A DNA stretch of 64,000 nt from Octopus vulgaris (lineage: Eukaryota), in contig OX597832.1 of assembly GCA_951406725.2 (NCBI GenBank), positions 66,960,001 to 67,024,000 of the forward strand, written 5' to 3'. Numbering within the stretch: position 1 is the first letter of the stretch; every line of letters begins with the position of its first letter. The translations under genes and the position numbers were made by a program. The notes under the pieces are model-generated. The model saw nothing but the letters and a program-made list of their open reading frames with translations, searched no databases and was not told the DNA's origin. Positions 24,833 to 38,670 of this stretch are shown piece by piece.

Positions 24833-24873
24833 GGAAGCAAACTTCTTACCATACTGCCACACCTGTGCCTATA
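24833..24873 (-). mobile_element. SINE head (5' end of the SINE continuing at 20682)
   Basis: Minus strand tataggcacaggtgtggcagtatggtaagaagtttgcttcc matches the head of 61371 and 9308. Confidence 0.8.
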
Positions 24874-26319
24874 AGTAGAACGTTTTGATTAGTGTATAAA
24901 ATAGCTTACATAAATTGTTTGCTTTACCTGATCAGATGTGTTCTTCCATGACTTTAATAAATACTCGCATAAAGTTATAACAGCTGAGATACATGGCTTT
25001 TGTATAGAATATAATCAAAATACAAATTTATACCTAAGCATTATTTTCTTGTCTATAAGAAAGATATAAAGCACATTTTTACATCTCTATTTGCCAAGCA
25101 TGTGTTTCAAATTAAAATAGTAACAGTTCTTGAAGCAATTATAGCAGACAGTCGTTGCCATGCTGGATAAAGCAATTTAGCAAATCAATCGCTTTATCCG
25201 AAACACCTGATCGTGTTCTTCTATTGGACGAGTATTTCTATTAGAATTATAACATTAATTTAACACTCTCACAGTTAGCATATTTGTGAATTGACTGACA
25301 GAAGCTGGAATGTACTTTCGCACAGAATACAGCTAAACAAGTAACTTTTAATGATCTAAAAATATATACAGTGCCAAAATGATCAATCATGCGTTTAGTA
25401 TAAAGTTTTCCATATACAGTAAAATTAAAGTACCACTTTAATAGGATTATGAGTCGGATGCGAATGATCATATTGACAACTGGATGCTATTTCGAGCTGG
25501 CTAAATGACCAAGTACAAGCACTATCGCTGGCATGATATATACGAGATAAATTCATTAAGGAGTTTGAAACAAATATCGATCATTTTTCCTATCTCATTT
25601 CAAATGTTTTACAAAATATGAGTTAAATAATTTCCAATTGCACTGATTAACATTTCAAACTCATAAAAGTTATGTCGTTATTAATATAATTGCAAGCAGG
25701 AATTTTCTATGAATTTCGTATGGTAAGATTCGACGGAGATGTTATCATGCAAAAATTTAAATTTACGGCTATCTCCATACATATATCATAATCATTAATA
25801 AAAAATATTCTTTTTATTTACACATATCATACGTATCATGTATATCTTGAAGCACATATTCCGAAGAGTATCTGCTTCAAATTAATATTAATAAAATATT
25901 TTTCTTCAAGAGATTCCACTGTTTTTTTTGTTGTTGGAGGTGGTTTTGGATTCTGGCATGGTTTTGCTAGCGCTCATGGTATTTGTGGTGGCGGTAGATT
26001 TGGTGGTTTGGCGATGGTGCCGTGGTTTGTTGTTCTGAGGGTTGTAGTTAAGATACAATGCCTGTTGTTTTACGTTGCAACTGTATCCATGTAAAACTTT
26101 TTCAAGATACATAACTTATATTTGATCCCTTCATTACTTTCATGTATACTCGTATGCACTCAAACACATCTACAGGCACACGTAACAACATATATGTGGG
26201 TGTATACCTAACTTCATGCATGAATATCTATGCTACTATGCAATTCACATCTCCGCATACACAGTCATATAACTCTACATGTGGTTGTGTATACACACAT
26301 TAGTGTCTCGCAACACGAA

Positions 26320-26585
26320 GAAATCCCCCTGTGACGGAGCGTTCGGCACTCGTCAGTTTCTCACTAAAACAACATGGTGTCGCTTCCATATCCACACTGT
26401 TCGCCACATTTAGTATCTGCGAACTTCTATCTCTTCCATATGAAGAAAATGTACCTCACTCATCACGGTTTTAACATCACTGTTGAGATCCACAGCGAAT
26501 CGCAAAAGATACTAGATTCGCTTGGGGGAAACGACTACCACACCGGTATCCGAAAGTGTCATGAACGCTGGAACCGGTGTATTGG
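26320..26585 (+). mobile_element. Mariner transposase C-terminal remnant
   Basis: LPYPHCSPHLVSANFYLF...IRKCHERWNRCI corresponds to the HPPYSPDLAPxDFxLF...RWxxCI motifs. Confidence 0.75.
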
Positions 26586-27495
26586 TGTGTGTGTGTTTAA
26601 ATGGCAGGTATATAAATGCACAGATGTATAAATGCACATACATGCATATATGTATGAGTGTGGATGAGTGTGTGCGCGTAGCTGTGTGTTTGTGTGTGTG
26701 CGTGTGTGTCTGTGTGAGTGTGAGCCCATGAACAAAAAATATGTTTGTGATAATGAAAGAACAATTTCATGAGATCAGAAAATTCTACGATATCCAATGG
26801 AATATTGTAATGTAATTGGCAAATTGGCAACCAGCTGTAGAACTGGATATTCATTTCGGATTTAATCTTACTTGAGTTGGCACTGAATTTATCTCTCTTC
26901 TCTCTTACTGTGGCAATCAATATGATTTCGCCAATGTATGATGCACATGTTTTTTTACGTATTTTGCCTAAATTTCAAAAATCTTTTTATTTTTGTCAGT
27001 ATCTATAGATTTTCATTGAATTTTCTGTTTCTTTTTCGATATTGTTTTGTTTATAACGCCTTCATTTTTCTTTGCTTAAAACGATTCTAGTTATAATGGT
27101 AGCTGATTACTTGCTGTTTGGTTGGTGCGGGAGATTTTGGAAAAAGCTGGTAATTCCATTCGAAGAAGAATGTTGAAAGACAAAGAAAACAAAACCAGGG
27201 GCGATGAAGTGATAGGTTCTATAATATCGCAGATTTATTTTGTCGAATTAAGAGGATAGCATTAATGCTTTAAATTATCTTATAGTCTAACTAAACCATA
27301 TCACTGTGAGTTCTTGTGAGTTTTCTTATATCATATGATTACATCCTTTACATAAAACTATAAAACGAAAGACAAAATGCTGTCTGTAGCGATATATTCG
27401 TGGGAATAGCAACGCAGTCTTATGATATCAAATAGATATTGTTCGTTTGACTACACGTTGTTGAAACAGAAGCAATGAAAAGTAACAACATAAAT

Positions 27496-27657
<162 letters not shown>

Positions 27658-27669
27658 TTTAAAAATTTC

Positions 27670-27700
<31 letters not shown>

Positions 27701-28770
27701 CATATATACTCACATGCACATACATATATGTGTGAGTTTGTATGTATGTGTATGTATGTATATATGTACGTATATAGTGTACAGTTCCTTGGTGGTAAGA
27801 TCAAAAAAACATACTCCATTTGGTGAGAGATAAATATTTGATAAAGACAATATATATCTTTATGTGCTACTTTTAATTACTTGTGATGAGAGAATGCCAG
27901 ACAGTATTTTTTTAAACTTCTAGTGTCCCAGTACTGTCATCAGGCATTGTCCATTGGGCATGGTGTTACTGACGTTTTAAAACTCATCATATTTCATGAT
28001 GTTTATTTTTTGTGTTATATATGGATGGGCGAAAAAGCAAGAAATGGCGAGAAAGTGACAGATATAAGAGGGGGAAATTGAAAATCCGTAACACGAAAAA
28101 GAAAAAGAAAGAAGCAACAGGAGTGGGAGAGATTAATTATTTCAAGGCCGTCAAAATAAACATGAGTCATGTATTTTATTTTCTTGGTGATTGCTCTTTG
28201 GGGTTACTCAATTCTCCTAATGATTTATTTAGTGTGGGGAGACCACAGTATACTAAATTTGTAAAATTTACGTATAAGATTTTTATTTCCGCTCTGACAA
28301 CCTGTTAAATATCATAAATGATATTTACCGTCTATTATAATTAATCTTTATAAAATTTACCCCTTGATCAAAACTGCATTCAATGCAGAATATGTTTTGT
28401 TATGGTACACGTGGTTGTAAAAGAGGGATGTGAATTCTACTTTACGGTATATTTCTAAGGGTGTGTACATGTATTTGCTGTACGATGACGCTCCTCGCAA
28501 GCGTATGTGTAGATATTTGTACATTTATATCATGCAATAGCTTTGCTGATAAGAGCAGAAAATAATATAGTTTTTACTGTAAGCTTGAAACAGAATCTTG
28601 TACACGGTTAACCAAAAGTTCAATTCATTATCTTTCTTAGCTCGACTACAGCCCAGTGTTTTATTCTCGGAATTTCTAAGATGGTAATAGCATCTTTTGG
28701 CGTCTATTTTTTCAAGCGCGTTGAGAGGCTTATACCCAAACCGTTGTTATAATTATGTGTATAATTATTG

Positions 28771-28804
<34 letters not shown>

Positions 28805-28977
28805 TTATATATAGAGGGCATTATATACATGCCAGAAGGCATTATACATACATGCCAAACGCTAAGAGGGACAATTAGTCATTTCTACCAAAAATATTAC
28901 TAATCCCACCGAATGCAATTTTTCAAAGTAAGACATTTAAAAAATATATAGACCTGTATATAGACCTGTAGTTGTCC

Positions 28978-29036
<59 letters not shown>

Positions 29037-29528
29037 GTAAATACGTTTCTATGAGCGTGTGTGTGCATGTATATATGTATAATATGTATACGATTTTAAG
29101 CATATGTATATAATGCTGATGTTATCAAATTCGTAGATATTATTCATTTGCAGATTGCTGAAAATATTCGCTTAGAAAATAGGCAAATTATTTTGTAAGT
29201 AATTTATGTAAGAGGAACACAGATGAGTGATCTAGTGAAGAATATGTCAGGCGCTTGAAAGTTTTCATAAGCGTAAAGAATCTTCGACAAATTTCTTCGT
29301 TTTGTTTCTCCTTTCCTTCTTCCTTTATTTTAATCCTATAGTTTTTCATTATAATTACAGCCCAGTCCATTTCCTCGCTATTTAATAAGTATAAGTAATT
29401 ATCGGCGTAGTATTGAATAGAAAGTTATTTCTACTTTTGCGTAATAATAATAATAATAAGAAGAAGAAGAAGAAGAACAAGAAGAAGAAGAAGAAGAAAA
29501 AGAAGAAGAAACTGTGCGCAAAACAATA

Positions 29529-29591
<63 letters not shown>

Positions 29592-29593
<2 letters not shown>

Positions 29594-29846
29594 TCCCTGG
29601 CTTACCATCCCTGCAAGAAGTGCAAAAGATTGTCTTAACTGGTACATCACACGTATTGAGAAGAGCATTGTCGATGTGAGAACTATTACTACCCATGTAT
29701 TTTAATTTAACTTTTAAAAAAAAATGAACAAACTATTGAGTTTAGTTTAATGGCCTACCAATGTATACTATGAGTTTCTTTGCCCTAGGAGTCGGGAAGA
29801 CCCTCGGCAAGAAATGGAAGCAAATTTGAAAGAAGTAGAAAAAAAA
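29592..29846 (+). mobile_element. R4/Dong-like LINE extreme 3' end in (AAT)n
   Basis: IPGLPSLQEVQKIVLTGTSHVLRRALSM* (the QK..L.GT..ILRR C-terminal motif), then a 3' UTR ending in AAT repeats. Confidence 0.7.
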
Positions 29847-29858
29847 TAATAATAATAA

Positions 29859-30330
29859 CACTCTGGGATATGTCAATCCTTACTCTGGGATATGCCAATA
29901 CACACAGATTGAGAAATTAAGGCCAACAGACCAGATATAGCTGTCAGAGATCATGAAGAAAAAATGCTTTCTAATTGATGTATCAATACCAGCAGATGGC
30001 AACGTGTCTCTAAAAGAAATGGAGAAACTTTCAAAATACAAAGACCTGGAAATAGAGGTAACTAGAATGTGAAAAACAGAAACAATTCCTATTATAGTAG
30101 GTGTATTAGGCATGATAAAAAAAGATTCAGACAAATACATAACAAAACCACCAGGACTTACAAACACATATAACATATAGAAAATTGCACTACTAGGCAC
30201 TGCATTCATCCTACGCAGAACATTTTCAATACAGTAACCATCAGAGCATCACAACTAATCACAGAACATACCCAAGGTACACAGAGCTGCGCTCGGTAGT
30301 GAAGTGAAAGCACGTTATAAAAATAAAAAT
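29859..30330 (+). mobile_element. R4/Dong-like LINE 3' fragment (restriction-like endonuclease domain)
   Basis: LWDMPIHTD*EIKANRPDIAV..CFLIDVSIPAD.NVSLKEMEKLSKYKDLEIEV..IPIIVGVLG..KIALLGTAFILRR. Followed by a long (AAT)n. Confidence 0.85.
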
Positions 30331-30473
<143 letters not shown>

Positions 30474-31025
30474 TGCCCTGACGCAGTACCAGGAAGATGC
30501 CATAATGCAGTACCTGGTAGTGGCTCTCATGGTTCCTGATCTTAAGTGATTAGAAGTGTTATTATGTACATTATTTTGACTTGGTATAAACGTTGGGCTA
30601 CAGCAAATGTTCAATACTACAAATTTGCTTGTCCATAACCAGTTGAACATGTCCTTTTGTGGCTGATGTTATGTGCATTCTCTGATCATGAACAGACGTA
30701 GTGGGGGAGCATCATAACCATGCGAAGAGAGAAACTTTTGGCGTTTGAAGAATTCACCTTTGGAAACATGGGTGTTTCGTTCAACATCCTTAACAACGGA
30801 CCTTTTGAGCGGGATGGGCTACTCGACCTGAAGAAAATTTTAACTGTGCCCCAGCAGCAAGATCGTGTGTCGTTTATTTTGATATGATATCATCATGTTC
30901 CGCACATATGTTTGTGATGCATGTGCCTGGTGTGCCCTTTATTACACGGGTAGACATGATGGGTATACTAGGCTTTGTATATTTTATCCCAGTGTCACTT
31001 TCATGGCATGCACCGCTCTCTCACC
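30474..31025. mobile_element. ~555-bp non-coding interspersed repeat associated with (AAT)n, copy 1
   Basis: Collinear homology with 32807-33360. Confidence 0.8.
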
Positions 31026-31869
31026 CAATATCCGAGTCAGTAACCGAAGACACAGAAACACTAATACAGCCCAGCTGGACAACGGAGAAATTACCCTCAA
31101 AGTTTGGAATATCTACAATTTCCTGTAAGTATTTTAAATTTCCCTCAAAATAAGTTATGAAACACACATATCCACAGTTTTTGAACACAAAATTAATCAG
31201 CTTGAAAAATGTTAATATCTACAACTTTCTGTGAGAATATTCTCTCCTTTTCTTTTCTTTTATTTCTCACTGAGTATTCGAAAATGTAAACATGCTTTTT
31301 ACTGCATAAACACTCGCGTCTTCTCTAGAAATCTTATAAAGACTTTAATGTCTACAATTTCGTGTGAAAATTTTATATTCCTTTTTTCTCTGACTACCCG
31401 AAAATGTAAGCATTTTATTGCAACAACACAATTAAATGCACGATAAAATAACAAATAAAGATAAGTTAAGGAAGTAAGCACCTGCTAATGTATAGAAAGT
31501 GCACAATTATAAAAACTGTAAACTACAGCAACACTTATGGAAAGGAAAGAAATGAAAAATTAGAAATTAAAAAAAATTTAAAGAGGAATATTTCTTCAAC
31601 TATCACCGGCGTTCCTCTGTTTAAAAACATGGTTTGCAGAGAATGGTTATCATTTAGAGTAACTGAAGAGATATCTGGTTCACTCTAGATATGAAACCAA
31701 TGTGTTTGTTTCTTAACATACGTTGCACATACACACAAATATATATATATATTTATTATTGTCTTTCTGTCAGTAATTAAAAATAAAACAAGGTGAGTTG
31801 GTGCTTTTCAAGACCAAGATCATCACTCACATTGATCCTTAGTAGTAGTAAACACATTTGACCTCTGCT

Positions 31870-32624
31870 GACCTCAGAGGTCTCCTTATTGCACAGGAAC
31901 GTCTATTGCCTGCCTCTTCACCAGCTGCTGAATCTATTTACAGACAAATCGAACGGTAGTTGAATACTGGACTACGACTGAATGAAGTAGAAGTGTGTTC
32001 CGACAACACATGAAAGCAGCATGGAATGAAATAGGACACTTCGAAATAAGTACGCAATGGTTAGCCGACCAGGCAAGGGCAATAAGTGCAAAAGGGTGGT
32101 TAACAGAGCCGGGAATTGAAGACATAAAAAGTCAAAAATAATACTTCACCAACGGATAACGTATTCAGCGACGACAGGGAAATGGGTAGCGTCAGTGAAG
32201 ACGCAGAGCAAACTGTAAGTGTGAATTCATTCTCAGCAAATGAAACAGGAGTAATGGGAAGATTAGCAAAATCATTTGATATTTACCAATCCAAACACAT
32301 CAGGTGTAAGAGCATAATAGACTGTACCAAGTGGTGGTCGAAGAGAGGAACCACTTGCGCTATATACTTGATGTTCCATGCTCCTTTGACCCACGAATAT
32401 TCAAGAAGGAAGGCGAAAACATATATAAATACAACCCTATTAAGTACGAAATCCCCTGGCTATCGAAAATAAAGAATGTTTGCCTCCTTCGCACTAACAG
32501 AATAATCAGGAAATTATAAAATAGCTGAAAAGATCGGATGGTATGGAATCATAGGCTGCATTTAACAAGTTTGCTACGCATGCAAGACTTCAGGAGTTCC
32601 AACAGAACCTGTGATAAAAGAAGA

Positions 32625-32625
<1 letters not shown>
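31870..32625 (+). mobile_element. Internally deleted R4/Dong-like element (N-terminal piece joined to endonuclease piece)
   Basis: FRQHMKAAWNEIGHFEISTQWLADQARAISAKGWLTEPGIEDIK, then VVEERNHLRYILDVPCSFDPRIFKKEGENIYKYNPIKYEI..LLRTNRIIRKL. Ends in (AAT)n. Confidence 0.65.
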
Positions 32626-32703
<78 letters not shown>

Positions 32704-32745
32704 ATGATGATGATGATAATGATGATGATGATGATGATGATGATG

Positions 32746-32802
<57 letters not shown>

Positions 32803-32806
32803 GTAC

Positions 32807-33360
32807 TGCCCTGATGCAGTACCAGGCAGTGGCTCTCATGGCTTCAGATCTTAACTGAATGGAAGTGTTATCATGTACGTTGTTTTGTCTTGGTATAAAA
32901 GATGGGCTACAACAACTATTCTGCTCAATACCACAGATTTGCTTGTCAGTTGTTTGACCATAACCAGTTGAGCATGTCCCTTAGTGGCTGACGATATGTG
33001 CATCTCTGATCACGAGCAGAAGTAGTGGGGGAGCATCATAGCCATGTGTTGAGAGGGATTCCTTGGGGTTTGAATAGTTCACCTCTGGAAACATGGGTGG
33101 TTCTTTCAACATCCTTAAACAACCCTTATTCAGAGACCGTTTGAGCGGGATGGGCTACTCAACCTGAAGAAAATTCTAACTGGGCCCCACCTGCAAGGTC
33201 ATGTGCTGTTTATCTTGATATGAGATCACCATGTCGCGCACATATGGTTGTGATGCATGTGCCTGGTGTACCTTTATCAGACGGGTAGTCATGATGGGTA
33301 TATTGGGCTTCGTATATTTTACCCCAGTGTCACTTTGATGGCATGAACTGCTCTCTCACT
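32807..33360. mobile_element. ~555-bp non-coding interspersed repeat associated with (AAT)n, copy 2
   Basis: Flanked on both sides by (AAT)n; homologous to 30474-31025. Confidence 0.8.
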
Positions 33361-33469
33361 TAATAATAATAATAATAATAATAACAATAATAATAACAAT
33401 AATGATAATGATAATTATAATAATGATAATGATAATAATAATAATAACAATAACAACAACAATATTCCG

Positions 33470-33680
33470 TTCTGATATAGGTCCGAGGCATGAAATTTGG
33501 GGGTAGAGGACTAGTCGGTTAAATCCACCCAGTGTTTTGCTGGTAGTTAATTGATCAACGCTGGAAGCAGGAAAGCCACAGGTGACTTCGGCATAATTCG
33601 AATTAGGAACGTAAATACTAGTGAAATTCTGTTAAGCATTCTGCCAGGCATGCAAACAATACTGTCACCTCGCTGCCTTT
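33470..33680 (-). mobile_element. Degenerate SINE (family of 54645-54822)
   Basis: Minus strand ggcagcgaggtgacag...atgcttaacagaatttc..tttacgttcctaattcgaattatgccgaagtcac. Confidence 0.6.
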
Positions 33681-33709
33681 ATTAGTATCATCATCATCGT
33701 CATCATCAT

Positions 33710-33760
<51 letters not shown>

Positions 33761-33832
33761 CTACTACCACTACTTCTACTATAGAGTTAATATGAAATAC
33801 ATTTAGAAATTACAGAATAATTAGATATTTGA

Positions 33833-33885
<53 letters not shown>

Positions 33886-34496
33886 CCTTCGGCCTGACGT
33901 TTCCCGATTTTCACAACCTTATTTCATTCTGTAAGTGCTTTTCATGTCTTATAGTCCTTACATTTTATGCTTAACTGAAAATATTATTGAGCATGGTGTT
34001 ACTGACGTTTTAAACCTCATCATATTTCATGATGTTTATTTTTTGTGTTATTTATCTGAGTTTTATTGCGGGTCGTATTTTATGTGAACAAATATTTCAT
34101 ACATTTTCTATCTGGTTTCTCTGTTATGTTATATAATATTTGCAGCCATAACCTAATGAGTTTCTATCCAATTACATTTTCACAGCTGCATTATAAGTTG
34201 CAATAGCACCTTTTAAATACATAGAAAATGGGCAAAAGTTATCCTATTAGTCTAATGTAACAGTTTGAATCCTGATGCTTATAAATTTAATGTTCCCATT
34301 GAAAACCGTATATTACGTTGGTTGCGTGTACGGCTTTCTATGGATTGCTCGTTTTTTGTATTTTTATTTTCAACTTAACATTGGGATTTTTCATATTAAG
34401 GTTATTAAACTATATTTTATGAGATTGTTACTTACGATTAAGCTAGTGTTCCTCCATTTTCACGAAGTCTTTGAAGGATAGTTTAGTCCTCATATA

Positions 34497-34579
<83 letters not shown>

Positions 34580-34920
34580 ATATGCAGTAATGTAGTAATA
34601 ATGATTTTATGGTATAGTACTTGCAGGTATACGATGTTTGTTTTGTTGTTGGCGAGTGAAGCTTCATTTTCCTTGTTCTTAGTGGCTTTATGCTTGAATG
34701 GTTGTATAGCTTGATATACAGATCTATAAGGCTATCAACTACCAACTGTTTCACTTGTAAGCTCTCATCAGTTAAGTATTCGTTGTGAGATGAAACTTTA
34801 AACGTTCTTTTAGGAAGGCGTTTGATTGAAGATGTGTTGTACTTTGGAGACGTTTGCTATCACTGTGCATATATAATCAAGTCAATGTGTTTTTATATGT
34901 GTATTAAGGTGTTATAAGCC

Positions 34921-34921
<1 letters not shown>

Positions 34922-35017
<96 letters not shown>

Positions 35018-35150
35018 TCATTATTATTATCTTCATCATCATCATCATTATTATTATTATTAATATTATTATTATTATTATTATTATTATTATCCTTATT
35101 ATAATTATTATCATTATTATTATTATTATTATCATTATTATTATTATTAT
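34922..35150 (+). repeat. (TTA)n/(TAG)n/(TCA)n compound microsatellite
   Basis: Direct reading. Confidence 0.95.
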
Positions 35151-36639
35151 TCCATATTTATGCAGAAATTCGTTAATTATAATATCAGAAATGACATACG
35201 AGAAATGTCAGATCGTAAATATAAGTCTACGGCTATTTTTAAAATGCAAAGGCAAAAATCCTTCCGGGAAGAACCAATTATCTCCAAATAAAAACGCTAT
35301 CGAATCAACAACTGTGTGCTTTAGTAAGGAACTTATCAGTAAAGTAATAGAGAGATAATTTCTTGTAACCTTAATACGAACAGGGAACTATGGCAGACTA
35401 ATATTCGGTACAATGTACATTCCTTAAACTAAATTAGATTTAGTTAATAAACATTCGCAGTTCAACTACATATACATGTTATTCTCTAATAAAAATGTAA
35501 TTGTTGCGAACTTGTAGCAGCACAAGGCTAAAATAAAACATTTTCTAAACTGAGATAACCAAGCAAAATCTGAGCTGCAAAAGTTATGAGAAACAAAGAT
35601 AGTGTTCTTTAAATCAGCCATAAACATCAAAAGCAATAAGGCAATTAGCTGCAAGACTAAATGCATTTCCACGAAACAAATCGTAGATGTCGACTGCAAT
35701 CATTAGCCTAGAACGGTGACGTGTGAGTTCAATTTTGCTATTTCTACTTTTCTGTTCAGAAACTTGTAGAAACAGAATCTCACAAACACATAGAACTATA
35801 CGTGGAAATCGAAAAATAAAAAGCCAATACTAAATTAAATATTCACTGAAATGTTATGGAACAATGAAAACCGCCTATAAGCGATTTAAGGAAGTACAGC
35901 TTACAGGTTGCAAAATTCTTAACAGAATCATATAATAAACTCTCTTTACAACTACGATGTCTATTGTAATTATATATCCGGGCTTTTCAACACTCACAGA
36001 TACTACAGAAAGTTCATATTTCCGCCATTGCAAAATATAAAACTATATTATGATTATTTGCCGCATATAAACATGTAAACCTCAGAAAGTATTTGAAAGC
36101 TTTTAGAATTTCTTGAAAGTTTTCAATTGACAACTTTGAGATCTTATCTAAGGGAGTAACTTGATCTGAAGGAAACAAACATATGCGCCCCACATACTGT
36201 ATGTTCTGTGTGAATGTGAAAGCGTATTGATGCGCCATTCCAAGGCTTGTTTTACAGCACCCTATAGATTAAGATATAGGTCTGAATGGTATTTAGTAAT
36301 TTACATATTAAATAGCAAATGCAATTGTGATATGTGCAAGTTATATAAGTATGTGTCAATGCACGCACACACACACATACATACACACATGCGTACACAG
36401 AAAGAGAGGAGAAAGAGATAGGTTAACAGATAGCTAGATTGATTAGTTTCCCCTTGAGAAGAAATGCTGTGAAGTGTAAATGCAATAACTCAATTCAATC
36501 GGTTATAATACAACTTGACAAAGATTTGTCCTGTTCAGCCGCATTAGAATACAAAGTAAACACAATCCTATAGCCTCGCATTCAAATATATCTCACCAAT
36601 GCAATTGGTGTAAGAATCTAAAATGCCTGAAAATACCTA

Positions 36640-37795
36640 GACTTCTCAGATTCAATGAATCCGTTTCTATATCTATAACTTTTCTGAACAGTGTCCTTGT
36701 TTAAGTTTGTGAATGCTACCATAACCCTTGTCTTCAGTTAATCTCTGGTGTTACAAGGAGTTTTGTTTGTCTCTCTCTAAACTGCTCCCCGCACATAATA
36801 ATCAAGGGGTTGCAGTTTGGGGAGTTGGGTGGCCAGATGTTAAGGGTGATGTGGTCGCAGAAATTGTCTAGCAGCCATGACTGTGTTCTCCTCCTTTCGT
36901 GCCATAGTGCAGAGTCCTGTTGCCGGATATAGTATCTTCCAGCAGCCACCCTCTTGATTCAGGGCAGTACCACCACCTCCTGACATTTGATATAGGCCTC
37001 CTTGTTGCATCTGAGGCCGTGTGGAAAGATGAATGGAAACATTACGCCGTCACCACTAGAGATCACTCCAAACACTATGATGTTGAATGTATGTTTGATT
37101 TTTATCTCTCTTGTTACATATTTTGGCGGCACGGCAAGCCAATGGTTATTCTGCGTGTTCACCAGATGATCTTGACAAAATTTTTTCTCGTCAGAGTAAA
37201 ACCAAAGCATGTTCAGTTGGAGGGGATGTTAGGGTTTGTTCAAAAGCTTTGTAGTGCGGTGTTTCCTCTTGTCCTCGATGGCTTGGGATAAAAATAGGCC
37301 TTTTCCATCTTGTACGAAGAATACTGAATGTCTTCATGCACTACCTGTCTGATAAGAAACGAATACACTCCCATGTCCCTGTTGATGGACCTGATTGATT
37401 TAGAGTGATCGTTGTCAATCATGGCCTGGATCTCACCAACAAATTCAGGAGATTTTCCTATCAGTAGGTTCAGAGTAAGTTTTCTGAGCTGCCGTAACTT
37501 CGTAATCATTCTTAAACTCATCCACCTCTTTCCGGACCCCCTGCAATGTCCTCAAAATGACACCCGAATACTCTGAAATGATCGTATTGGAGCTTCCGGT
37601 GTTAATGCCAAGCACTACAGTATCTCGTTTTCAAACTTTTGGCAGTGTGAATTACGTCTTGGTGCTGTCTTTTCTCAGAGATGGTGCCCAACTGACTCAA
37701 CTATACTTTATAGTCTACAAAATAAAAAAAAGACAATGCGTATGCGCGAAATTAAAAGTATAGAATGGCGATAATTTATCCGCCGCAGCCTGTTT
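36640..37795 (-). mobile_element. DD37D (maT-like) Tc1/mariner-superfamily transposon, pseudogenised
   Basis: Successive frames give EFVGEIQAMIDNDHSKSIRSI, WFYSDEKKF..VFGVISSGDGVMFPFIFPHG and QQDSALWH..WPPNSPNCNPL(D after a frameshift). The second and third D are 37 residues apart. Confidence 0.85.
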
Positions 37796-38634
37796 ACACA
37801 CACGCACATACATACACGCACAAACATATCTATCGATTTAAACGGGCTTCGATTGACATAGAGGTATGTATAAAATTATAAAATATACATGCAAAGAAAT
37901 GGAACAAGTATTTTTAGTCTTGCTTAAACCATTCCAGAATTAAGTCACTGAGGATAGCATTTCAGGGGGAAACAACCTGCTGCTCTTCTGCAGTAATACT
38001 TGTTTTCTAACACACAAATCTTTCTGGGAATCTCTGTTACAGAATGGCAGTTCATATACACAATATCAATGTTACACCTACCAGTATATTTTAACCATTT
38101 CTCTTTTTTAATGACTACACAACTTTACATTATTGATATACAGGTATATTGTTACTATTCTTTATGCTTCTTATATATATTTCTCTCTCGTTGTGCTAAT
38201 ACTATGTATATATAATTTGATCATAACGATGTTACTAGAAATTCACAGTTGATCCCAGGTATTTATGTTGGATTAGTTTACGTTACTCAAAGTTAACGTA
38301 TCCTTTCAATTTACGCACACTAGGACACGTGATCTCATAGATGGAATTAGAAAACCAATGAATCAGACTGCTTGAGCAATACATCTGAATTTGTTTTCCT
38401 GTTAAAAATCAACAGCATATATTGCACAAAATTTACCAGAAACTGGAAAATTCCTATAATGCATAATTCCTCTGCTCTCTTCCTTTCCCTCTCCCTCCCC
38501 TTCTCTCTGTAGGTATGACTGGCTATATATATGAATATATAAAGTTAATCCAAGCATGAAAGCACAAAAAATAACACAACAACGCGAGGGCGTGGAACAA
38601 ATATAGTATTATTGGACGGTCAGGAAAGAAGGAG

Positions 38635-38670
38635 GTTTTAACGTTTCGAGTGGAACTCTTCGTCGGAAAC
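38635..38670 (-). ncRNA. Minimal hammerhead-like motif (variant core)
   Basis: Minus strand gttt-CCGACGA-a-gag(ttcca)ctc-GAAA-cg-TT-aaaac. U4>C variant with a palindromic ACGT stem III. Confidence 0.4.

Noticed and set aside
25906-26050. Thr/Ser-rich minus-strand ORF
   Set aside because: Degenerate (TGG/TGT) low-complexity sequence.
31100-31420. Loose recurrence of tctacaa(t/c)tt and cgaaaatgtaa motifs at ~110-130-bp spacing
   Set aside because: Too degenerate to define a unit; probably an old minisatellite.
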